64,000 nucleotides of DNA from contig NW_026250410.1 of NCBI RefSeq assembly GCF_024521635.1, positions 620,001 through 684,000 on the forward strand, read 5' to 3'. A program made the translations under genes and the position numbers. Shown in pieces: positions 24,820 to 36,196 of the stretch. Source of the stretch: Tricharina praecox. Its lineage: Eukaryota. Numbering within the stretch: the first letter of the stretch is position 1; each line of letters begins with the position of its first letter. The notes under the pieces are model-generated. The model was not told the DNA's origin and searched no databases. It saw only the letters and a program-made list of their open reading frames with translations.

Positions 24820-27800
24820 ATGGCCACGTCGAGTGGACTTCCTCCAGAGCAGCAGTTCGCCCAGGTGCTCGCTGCACTGGGGACCATGCAGGGCAACCAA
24901 GACAGACAAGCAAAACACCAAGCGACGGAGTTTTTAGAACAGTTTCAGAAATCGGTTGGTTGCAGCGGACTTCATTCTTGCGTTTTTTCGACGGGCGGCG
25001 GCGGCGGCAGGTTGCGGGGCAGAAGGCAGAAGCAGAAGCAGAAGAAGCACAAAAAGAAGAGGGCGAAGCTGGTTTCTTGCGGTCATGCACGATGCGGGGC
25101 AACACACTGCTAGCACTTCCGCTGCTGCCATCGGTATTAGGTTCGGGACGGATGGGCTGACGGATGGCATTCTGTTGAACAGCCAGAGGCATGGACTTTC
25201 GGTCATGCCGTGTTGCAGTCGGAGTCTATCGGGGTTGAGGCGAAATTGTTCGCGGCTAGCACGCTGAAGGGGAAGGTTTGTTGCGGGCACTCTCCCCCAT
25301 CCCGGCCATCGGCGGTGTGCAGGGGGGAAAGCGGTGTGGCTGACCATGAGATTCTCAGATTACCTACGACTTGCACCAGCTCCCGCGAGAATCGCTGTTT
25401 TCGTTGCGGGATTCTTTGATTAGCCTTCTCGTCCACTACCGTACCGGTGCTCGGCCCATACGAACTCAGCTATGTGTCTGTCTTGCGGGGTTGTCCCTCC
25501 AGATGCTGGAGTGGAGAGATGTGATCGACCTTGTGGTTCAGGCGCTGGGTACGGATGCGCAGAGCTCGGTCGTTCTATTGGAGTTTTTGACGGTTCTCCC
25601 GGAGGAGGTGATGGAGGGCAGGAAGATTACCTTATCGGTCAGTGCTGCAAAGCTTTGCTCACACTATCGTTTGCACCGGACAGAACTGATCCGGCGCACA
25701 GGAGGATGAACTATCGCACAGGACACAGGAGCTATTGACAGATAATGCTTCGAGGGTTTTGCAGCTTCTTGTTCAATACGCACAGGTCACAGGTAATATG
25801 CGATCGCTTCTGCATCCCAGCGTCGATCGAGTTACTGACTCGGGTCAACAGGTATCGACAAACCAACGCCGGCCCTGATCACTTGTTTGAACTCGTGGCT
25901 CCGGGAGATCAACTGCGCAGATGTGGTCAAGACCCCTCTCGTCGACTCAGTATTCCATGCTCTTCGCGCCGATACCGCATTCGATGAGGCAGTCGACTGT
26001 GCGTGCACTATGTTCCGCGAAACCAGAGAAGTGGATGAGTCGATGGAGGTAATCGAGGCGCTATACCCCCGTCTCATCGCCCTCAAGCCAAAGGTCGCCG
26101 AGGCCGTGGAGGCCGAAGATATCGATGTCTACAAGGGGATCACCAGGTTATTCGCGGAGGCTGGTGAGGCATGGGTGGTTCTGATTGCTCGAATGCCGGC
26201 ACAGTTCCGTCCGCTGGTTGAGGTGATCGAGGACTGTGCTCGGAAGGATACCGGACGTGATGTCATTTCTTTGACATTTAACTTTTGGTACGACCTCAAG
26301 AACTACCTCGTTCTGGAACATTACATGGAGGCCCGCATCCACTATGCCGACCTTTTCTCCCGGCTTGTGGACATCATGATCGCTCACCTCCAGTATCCGA
26401 ATGGCGGCAGCGAGGATCTTTTTGAGGGTGACCGAGAGCACGAAGAGAAGTTCCGGGAGTTCAGGCACGCCATGGGAGACGTCTTGAAGGACTGTTGCGA
26501 AGTGATCGGATCCGCGGATTGCCTCACCAAGGCGTTCGAGATCGTCAAAGCTTGGATGGAGAACTACTCGAAACAGAGTCCGGAAGACCGTGCTAAATGT
26601 CATAACTGGCAGAAGCTGGAGGCCCCTCTTTTCAGTCTGAGGGCAATGGGAAGGATGGTACCCGCGGAGGAGGAGGTTATTCTGCCACAGATTATGAGCC
26701 TGTTGATACAGCTTCCCGAGCACGAGAAAGTCCGGTTCGCCGCTACACTGGTCCTTGGTCGGTACACGGAATGGACGGCTAAGCACCCCGAATACCTTGA
26801 GCCGCAAATGAACTACATCATTAACGGCTTCCAGCATGGATCGAAGGACGTTGCACAGGCTGCTGCTATGGCCTTGAAATTCTTCTGCCAGGATTGTGGA
26901 AAGTTGCTTGTTGGCATGATCACTCAACTGCATGAATTCTACGAGAGAGTGGCGCCCAACTTGCCGCTCAGCAGTCTATACGAGATTACGGACGGTGTCG
27001 CGCACGTGGTGGCCTCGCAACCGCTGGAGAAGGTTTACGATGCGTTGATGCTGTTCTGCTCGCCCATTGCAAACCGACTAATGGCCAAGGCTAATGCCGC
27101 TTCCGACAACGACAATGATAAGAAATGCAAATTGGCCGATGAGATCCAGCTTCTTACTATTTTTGTCCAGGTCGTGCACCCACACGTTCCGAAGGGCCAG
27201 GAGAACCCCATGATCCGCTTCTGGCAGAGCATCGTCCCCGTCCTGTCTACCATCCTTGACGGTTTCGTCGATTTCCTACCAATTTGCGAGCAAGTCGGTC
27301 GGTTCTTTAGGAGTATGTTGATTAGCTACCGCACGGCCATGCTCCCGCTGCTGCCGGAGGTTGCTCTTAAATTGACTACCAGCTTTGAGAAGAGCCACCA
27401 GGGTATCTTCTTGTGGGTTTCTGGAACCGTCATTCGGGAATTTGGTGACGAAGAGTTCACGGATGAGGCTACGAGAAACTCGATCTGCCAGTTCTTGGAG
27501 GCTCAGTGCTTGAGCATGTTCCGACTGTTGAACAACACTCCGGCTAAGGACATACCCGATGGTTCGTTATATCTTGTCTTCCCAATGTTTGGTGCTGATC
27601 ACTAGCTTTTATCCAGTGATTGAGGACTTTTTCCGCTTCCTCGCAGACGGAATCATGTTCCACCCGGCCAAGATCATCATGTCCTCCCTCCTGCAGCCCA
27701 TCATCGAAGCGTCTCTTGCTGCGCTGGATCTGCAGCAGACCGAGCCCCTTCTGTCTGTCCTCCAGTTCCTCCGTGACCTCCTCGCATACGGCCGCGAAGA

Positions 27801-28292
27801 CCCACCCAACTCTAGCTACCAGGACTACCGCAAAACGCCCATAGAAGTGCGGAACGCAGTGCAAGCAGTGGCGGCTAGCATGGGACTTAGGATCACACAG
27901 CGAATCTTGAGCGGACTGATGTACTCGTTCCCCAGCGACTGCGTCACAGATTCTTCCGGTGTACTCCTGGAGCTGGTAGAGTTATGTCCTTTGCAGATGA
28001 TTGAGTGGATCAAGAGCACATTGGAGCTTCTACCGCCGGGAAGCGTTAGTCCTGCTGAGGCCCAGAAGTTCCTTAAGGGTATCGAGGCCGCTGCCATCAA
28101 CAAGGATTGGAACAAGATTCGCTATACTCTCCGAGACTTTACTGCTTGGTACCGTCGTAAAAACGTATGTTGTCCATTGCTATTCAGCATATTGTTTCTT
28201 CCGATATTGACTGGTTTATACAGGTTACGCCGAGATCACAGCTCACCGGCATCGCCGGGACTGAGGGCCCGAAGTTCAGGTTTGGTGGCTAG
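24820..28292 (+). CDS. MTR10: Importin-beta family transportin-SR / Mtr10, multi-exon
   Basis: A.EFLEQFQKS / EAW..LQS..EAKLFAASTLKGK; IRTQLCVCLA; FREFRHAMGDVLKDCCEVIG; WQKLEAPLFSLRAMG; HEKVRFAATLVLGRYTEW; FTAWYRRKNV; consistent GT-AG introns. Confidence 0.92.
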
Positions 28293-28956
28293 AGACTGAC
28301 GACATGAAAGGCACGGATTTTGTTCGGAAATTCTTTGCGGGTGCGACATGGGTATAAAGTTCTGTATGCTGTATACTAGAACGACGGGATACTTGCGGGC
28401 TACTGTTAGGTTGGCTGTTCTGTTTCTTTCCTTTCTCTTCTCGTTCCCTGTCGATTTTTCGTTATGTTGTTATTATGTCTGTCTTGTCTTTGTCGACGCT
28501 TCAGGCTGTGCTGTAGAAACGTGATGTGGCATTGAGGGTATTCTGAGAAACGTAATGAACAGGCGATGCTTCTGGAAGTAAAAGCGGTATAGGGAGACGT
28601 TGATGTTGAACAGAGCGAAAGGGAGAGAGAACATCAATTTATTTCGCATGCAGCCTTACTAGACTATGGCGAACCAACTCGAACAGAGCGAAGTGTACCA
28701 TGATTTTCTATCCAGAGTGGTGCCGCGAGTGAGGATCTGTGACGTCGCTCCGACTGATCTTGGCACACGTGAGTCGATGCCATGTCACGTCGCCAGAGCA
28801 ACTGTGTATCTTGAAGTAAACAACCCCAACAAACCTTGCGAGTTTCGCCTCTGCCTTTGCCCATTCCTTCGTGCCGTCAGCGAGCCACACCTCTCCCTGC
28901 ATATCACTACATCCATAGCTGTCGGCATCCCGGCTTCATATCTCGACACCAACAGC

Positions 28957-30498
28957 ATGTCACGAATCGTCCGTCGCCAAACGCCATACCAGCGTATCTC
29001 CTCTTACCTCAACCCCCTCGATCACCTCCTTAGCCTCGCGACTGACTATGAGGCCTTCGACTGGGACAACTGGCAGAACACGTGGGGGACGCCGCTCGGG
29101 CTGCTTCTCAACGTCTTTTGCATGATATCGCGAGGCCACGCGGACAAATACCGGCGCGAGGCTAATCCCGTCTTTGGCGAGCCATCCGCGGGAAGGTCCA
29201 TGGCCAACGGTATCTCATATCTTGTATGTCACGGGAGCAATGCAGCGGGCCAGATGATGGCTTGCAAACCACTCCTACCTCTCCTAGATATTTGTCACGG
29301 CGGTTTGTGCTCATTTGTGACGTGTGTCGGCACGCAGCTTTGGGTTGCTCAATCTGCCCTCGCGGTGTTTAGTGTAGGCAATGCCGTGTACTGCTTCACT
29401 AGGAAGAGAAGGTACCGATTGTTCGAATCGAACATTGAGGTCAGTCGGCCTTCCTCCCTTCCCTTCTGGTAGCAGCAAGTTAAACTCATCCAGGTCGAGC
29501 CGAAAACCCCCTCAGCCCGCCGTGTCCCTGTCGACTCTTCGCCGGTTGCCAACTCCCCTCTCCGCATCCTCGGCAACATAATCGAGCCCTTCCGAAACGA
29601 CGCCGCGAGTCGCGCACATCCGGACGAGAGCCGCGACGTCTGGGAAGTGGGCGTATGGGATCCGTCGCCCCTCTCCCTCCACATCCTCGCCTTCCTCTCG
29701 CCTGTGCACGTCGCAATCTATTTCCTCGCGTTGCCCATCACCTCACACCCCACGGGCGGCTTGGGCGGATCCACCTCATCGGCCGCAGTCTACTTCACCG
29801 TCCTCTTGACGCAGATCCTCCTCTCGCTGCAGATCATCTTCCTCAAGTCCTGGTTCGTCCAGCAAGCCTGGGACCAAAAAGTAATCAGCAAAGAAGTGAT
29901 GCACGAATACGACGCCAAATACGTGCACCCACGGCTAAACGTGATCAAGCGGGACGTGGCGGTACAATGCACGCTCTCGACTCAAACCGACAGTGGTAAT
30001 GAGCCGGAGGTCTCCGTGTACACCCCGCAGTTCAACCGCTCCGGCTTCAAAATCTACGCGAACCCCAACTACTCCGACCTCACTGTGCAAACGCCGGCAC
30101 CACCGCCGTTCGCGCGGAGCAGCCAGAACGCCGGCAACACTCCCGGCATCTTCTCCCGCGGCGCTACGCCAATGCAGCCTATGGCGGGACGCATCCGCCA
30201 GCCGCAGTTCGACAGGGCCCTTGCTAATACCTCCCGTCGCACCGCTGCCGCCGATGAAGATAGAGAGCGCGAAAACCGCTCCCGCCGGAGAGAAACCACT
30301 GCGCACGCCGGCTACGATCAGCCAGCGAGACGCATGGGTACCGAGGGAATGGTGGACTGGAGTAGGCAGAATTCGCGTGGGCTGAGTCCCAGCAAGATGA
30401 GCACGCCGCTGAAGAAGGGGAGCAGCATCAGGGGGAGCACGTATGCCGAGAGCTTGGGAACGCCATTGGGCACGCCTGTTAGGAGGAGGCAGTTTTAG
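28957..30498 (+). CDS. NUR1: Nur1/Mug154 (DUF2418) inner nuclear membrane / nuclear rim protein, 3 exons
   Basis: N-terminal MSRIVRRQ..YLNPLDHLL..FDWD; RKRRYRLFE; TPSARRVPVDSSP; DVWEVGVWDP; SPVHV; D.KVISKEVMHEYDAKYVHPRL; TM-like segments. Confidence 0.85.
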
Positions 30499-30974
30499 AG
30501 CATGGGGATTCGGGTTGTTGTTTATATCTTGCTTTGGCTTCATACTTAGCGGCGTTTAGGGTGGGTACATCAGTAAATAATTTGCATCATCGCTGTGACT
30601 TGTGGCTTGAGCCATAGAGAAAAGAACGATGGGCTGGAGTTGAATTTTACGATGTGAGGGCTGTATATGAGTGACACCACGTGGTGCAGAATTCAGATTG
30701 ACAGGAACAGCCGATAGGTATGGCCAGGTCAGGCTTCAGCTAGACCATTCTATGTACAGGACAACCATGACACCCGCGTGAAAAATCAATGAAACAGAAA
30801 GCACAAGAAAAAACCAAGACCGACACGCCCAAACCCCAAGAAGTAAAAGATAGGAAAGATGTAAAGAAACTAAAGAGTTATGGTAGGTCGAAGAAGCATT
30901 TCAAAATCACGCAAAAAAAAACCCCCCAACTCCCCCCATGTAAGTAGAGTGGCCAGCACGACACGGTCTAGGTG

Positions 30975-33900
30975 TTATTTCCTAACACTCGGACTACTGC
31001 TCCTGCTCCCAGCGGGACTCGCACCAGCACCAGCAACTCGTCTGGGCACACCGCGCTTCGGCTGTGGCGTTTCGGCATCTTTGACCTTCTCCTGCAGGCG
31101 CTTGATCTCGATATCGCGCTGCGTAAGCTGGGTCCGCAACTCCTGGATCCGTCTATCGCGGTCGTGCACTTGGGTATCACGAAATGCCTCACGGACCTTG
31201 ACGACATTATCGTCCGCGCGGCGCTGGAGGTCGACGTTCGCTTCTTCGAGCGCCTTGACTTCGTTGCGCATTTCGAAGGACGCATTGGAGGCGGCCTGGT
31301 ATTGCTCGCCCGCGAAGGCGGCGACCCGCTCGGTGCTTTCAAGCTTGCGCGTGAGGTGGGCGACTTGCTTGGTGAGGTCGACGTTAGCGACGAGCATATT
31401 GTGCGCGAGAGGTGAGTCCCTCAGAAGGAGCGCGTCGGTTTGCGATAGTTGGTCTTCGAGGCCTTGAATCTGGGCTTTGTACTTGTCGATGTCGGCAAGG
31501 GCTCGCTCAAGCTTGGTCTTGATCTGCTTGAGTTCTCGCTCGTGCGCATGTTCGCTCTCGGTTGCCTGGAGCTTCAACTTGCGGATCGTTTCGCGTTGCT
31601 CTTCCCAGTTGGTTTGCAGGCGGTTTTGACAGTCCATCCAACTCTTCAGGTCGACAGTTTTTGTCTTGATCTCTTCGATCAATTCCTCTTGGGTCTAGTT
31701 CGATCGGTCAGTCAAACAATCGGCGATATGGGATATGAAGGCTTCCTACCATCTGTTCGAAAGGCGTATCACCCCCGATGGGCTGCACAGGCCTCGCATA
31801 TTTCTTGTACGCCAGTTCTGGCTCCGGTTCACTCTCCGTCTCGCTATCGTCAATGATCATGGGCTCCTCTCCTCCGTCGTCCACTTGGCGGCCGGGAGCA
31901 CCTGGACGGGTCGCATAGTCCTGACTCTGACTCTGACTCGGACTCTGACTCGGCATCGTATTGCTAACATGTGTGACATCCCCCACGCCTGCAGGTGATA
32001 ACTGAAGCTTCCTCTTCTTGAGCTCGGACTCACTAATATCCTGTATCTGCGAGGGCGAATCCTCCCCCCCATTAGTTCATGCTGGTGTCTCATAGCTGGG
32101 TGGTATTTACCTTTCGCTTCCGTTTATCACCATGCTCATCCCCTCCTTGCTGCGTCTGCGTCTGAGTAAGTGCGACGGTATCGTACAGTGGAAGCTCCGG
32201 TAATGGAGGAATTCCAAACTCGCCCTGCCATTTCCCTTTGATCCACGCTGCCGCCTTTGCAGGAGCATCACCAATCGCAGCCGCATAGGTAGGATCCACC
32301 ATACCAGCTTCGTGTCTAAGAAGCTTGATAGCCTCGACGCTGCCATACACGAATAGGGCTGGATCAGGGGGGATACACAACATGGCGTGCTCGATGGTGT
32401 TGACGGTGATTAGACGGAGGACAGGTGCGAGCTTCTTAGGATCATACAGGTCCTGGCGAATTTGTGTCACTTCTTTGGCGAGAGGGTCGAATGTAGCGTC
32501 CATTGCGATCAGCATGTGGCACGTAGTCTTACCGCCGCATTAGCATTTGTAGGATGGAAAAAAATTGAATCGCTGTGCGTGCACATACCCCGACTATACC
32601 GCTCCCACGAGACGAAGGGATCAAGTACACTTGTATACACCCCTTGATCTCATTATCTGGTAGTGGTTTATGACTACTGAGCCGGTCCAACCGCTTGTGG
32701 GAGATCTTTAGGCCGCGAAAGAAAACCTCCAGCATATCCTACGGGAGTAAGTAAGGCCCTCGAACGTACCGGGGGGAAGGGGTTAGCATACGATCATATC
32801 TGGAGCCTCCGCCACGATCCCAACCTTGATGGTTTCGTCAAGGATGACGGCGAAAAGATCCATGAGGAAACGGAATTTGGCACTCATGACAGCGAGGAAA
32901 TCTGCCCCCTTCTTCGTGTCCTCACTATCGAGTGGAATCGGGTAGACAATGTGGGGATGAGTGGCAATCCTCGCACAGCGTTTGGCTACGTCGAAAGCAA
33001 CATTCTTTGCATCATCTCCTCGATGCTCGAGGTATGCCTCGATTTCCGCATACTTGTTGACGATTTCACGTACATAGAGTGACTTTTGGCTGATACCATC
33101 GGGCGTAGGTGCCGTGGTGCCTAAGGGTAGAGGGATCGCGTATTCCGCCGGTCCGAGGTGTGGTGCATGGAACTGCGATTGGGTTGATCTGGGTTCCGTT
33201 TTCATCTCCTGTTTGACCGCTTTTATTCGCGCAGCAGAAGTCGATTTTTGGGTGTTTATTGTCGCGGACCCTCTTGGAATTGCCGGTGCACCAGCAGAGT
33301 GATCTCTGCCACCACTAGCCCTTCTGCGCACCATGTCTTCGTCCCTTTCTTTCCGTTTTGCAGCCAGCATTTCACGCAACGAGCTCCATTTGCGCGCCAT
33401 TTGCGGGTCCGGTGCTGGTAACATTCTTGCGGAGTGTGTGAGAGGCAATGGGAAGTCTTGATCGGTGAATTCTGAGTACGCGTCGAGCGGGAAGTCAAAC
33501 CCTTCGGTCTGCTGTGATTGAGCCACGGCTGTTGGTGGTTCTGAGAATCCGCGTTGACGGTTTCTTTCGATTCGGAACCAGTCTTGGAAAGATGCCTCTC
33601 CAAGCAGTTGCCTCCTCCTAGATTTTGTTTTCGGGACCGGCGATGTCGTCGTGCGTCGTGGAGAAGCCTGATGCTGGGGGTCCTTTGGTTCCTCAGAAGA
33701 AAGATTCAGCTTCTCCTGCGAGTACGGCGACTCTTCAACACCAGTGATCCGTAGTCCCGTGACCTCCTGATATGCTTCCTTTGAAACCTCTCCCCCGGAA
33801 GTGCCCACTGCAACCGGTCCCTTGTCCCAGGAAGGATATGATAGATCTAAGCCTTGCGGCAGGTCGAGATCAAAGCTATCGTCACCCAGTGAACACTGCG

Positions 33901-35170
33901 ACAGCCCACCTAGAGGTAGATCTAGCTCTAGATTCGCTATTCGCTGCGCCTCCTGTGATGCCTCAAGCTTCTCGTCCTGTGTGTCGAGAGCGTGAGTAGT
34001 CTCTGGCTCCAGCGGCGGTGGTGTCCGGAACGTAGCTTCGGCGAGTGGGGTGTGGTTCTCAAAGGCCGAGTTGGTTGTTGTCTGTAGTAACGCGGGTGGC
34101 GGCTCGGACGACGTTGGCGGCTCCGCTGGACCCTGCGGCTGAACCGAATCGGAGACGTTCTGTGCGTGCTCACCTACAAGTTCATCCAGGGACGATTCCC
34201 AATCACTCGGAACCTCAATCACAGAAGTAAAGGTCACCGCCCCCTGCTTCTCCTGCGATACGATCTCCTGTGATGAAGTAATAAAGGTAGAAAAGTCCGG
34301 CTGGTCGTAGAAGTCCTGGGAATCAGGGATGACTACGCTCCTCTGGGTAGCTTCCGCTGTGAACGGCGTGCTTGGGTTGGAAGAGTCCGTCTGTGTGGAA
34401 GGAACAAGGTCGGTACACGACAGGCGATAGTACTGGGTGGGGTCGAACCCTTGCGGCCGCTCGATGAGAACAGAGAACGACTTGCGCCGCGGTGGCGGAT
34501 TCGAGGCAGCCGGTACGCTTGTAGTACAGACTGATGGGTGGGAGAACGGGATGGAGCTCTCGCGGAGGAGTCTGCGGGGAAACGGCGATGAAGGATCTTG
34601 CGAGGACCGCGCGAACGATTGTGTAGGCCTGTAGTCCGAAGTTTGAGTAATAGAATCAAGTTCGACGCGATTTTCAGAGGCCGGGGGTGTGGCTGAGAGC
34701 CGAGCGCGTTTCGCTCTTCCGTCCGCTGCGTGATCGTCGTCATCGTCAGAGAGGACGGGAGTGTCAGAGGTACTCTGCTGTGGGGTCACGTGAGTGGCTT
34801 CCTTCCGAAACAGCTTTTGATCATGACCCTTGAGAGAACTCCTGGGGCCATTCTTTCTTCGCTTCGCCTTCCTCCTTCTCCTTTCCTTCCATTCTAGTAC
34901 GGCATCGCTAGTAACCTCGGATTTGACGACCTGTCCCTCTGTCGGTCAGCAACTGCCTCGCCGCGGACGTCGGCCGACGCGACTTACCCACTGTTGTGGC
35001 CATGGCTTTCCGGTCTTTGGATCAGTCCCCTTCCACTTAACACGGTATTTGCGGCCCCTTTCGCCGGTAATTCCCTCGACTTCATACCACTCACTGTCGC
35101 CCGAAGACTGGGTTGAATCACCTGGACTATCAGCTGGTTCGGTTCGATCGGTTGAAGACTGAGCCTCCAT
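30975..35170 (-). CDS. Multi-exon protein: N-terminal chromodomain-like domain, long S/P/T-rich linker, HDA2/3 (class II HDAC complex subunit)-like domain, C-terminal coiled coil (Ccq1-like architecture)
   Basis: Spliced WYEVEGITGERGRKYRVKWKG..W..EV...AVLEWKE; EYAIPLPL, RIATHPHIV, SAKFRFLMDL, LIAMDATFD, VLRLITVNTIEHAMLC resemble HDA2/3; heptad-rich last exon; five GT-AG introns give one continuous frame. Confidence 0.78.
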
Positions 35171-36196
35171 GATTTCGTTAGGGGGGACGTAAGACAGACG
35201 CAGTTGTAGGTAGGTTAACGTTCATCTTCAATAAATCTTCACGCGGGGAGGAGGGTGGTTCTGGCGGGACAGCACAAGGTTCCAAGCTCGCGGGGGAAAA
35301 CATGAGGCGGGGTGCAATACTCAGGAAGGGCAAGAACGAGCCCGCAAGGTGAATGCCGCCTCTAGCTCTTGTGATTCTCATCACGGTTTTCGCCCTCCAC
35401 CCGCACAGGCCAGCAGCCACCCGCGCAATAAGGTGCTCGATCAATATGGAGAAAGGACGGACTCACACGAGTACGGCCAACACCGTGGGAGGTCCAACTA
35501 TTGGAGAGTGGTGCTTTCATTGTCCAATCCGATCGGCCTTGCAGGTGAAGAGTTTATAAAGTCTGCTCCTTACCGGCTCTTTCAACCGTATGCCGTACTC
35601 CTCGGGAACGATCCCTCTCTTCCTTGTCTGTCCATGTCGCCATCTTCTGCTCTACCTCCACCCTCACACTCAGCCCTAACACCTAAGCCCTAACTTCATG
35701 TCGATCGCAGCCACCAATGGCCCAAACATGTTGGTACACGGCTTGTCCTGCAAGCTCCCGTCCGCATCACATCATCGCCCACCGTGCAACTCCGAATTCA
35801 CGATCTACTGTGAGGTGTTGGTTGGGAAACCGTACCGATGTGACAGTCGCGAATAATGACCAGTCGCCAAAGTCAAGTCACCCATTTGTATGCATACTCA
35901 GAACGCTTTGTAGAGTCAGCTGCCTAGACAACACAAATCGACCATCTTCTCCATAAGCGAAACGCCTCCCAACGCGAGCCAAGCCCATCTGCAGCCGCGT
36001 GCAATTCACGTGGCAACCGCACCGCATTGTCGTGACGATAAAACGCGCCGCGCCGCCCTCACAGAAAGCTGTGCATGCTGCTAGGTTCGTTCAGCTACTA
36101 TACTTCGATCCATCACCCGAGACTCTCCACACCAACCCTTCGCTCACCCGTCAACACTCAGCGACCGAACTCCAAGTCCGTTCACCATCACGCACC

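Noticed and set aside
28666..28956. Upstream in-frame extension of the Nur1 ORF from ATG 28666
   Set aside because: Family similarity begins at MSRIVRR (28957); the extension overlaps promoter-like sequence
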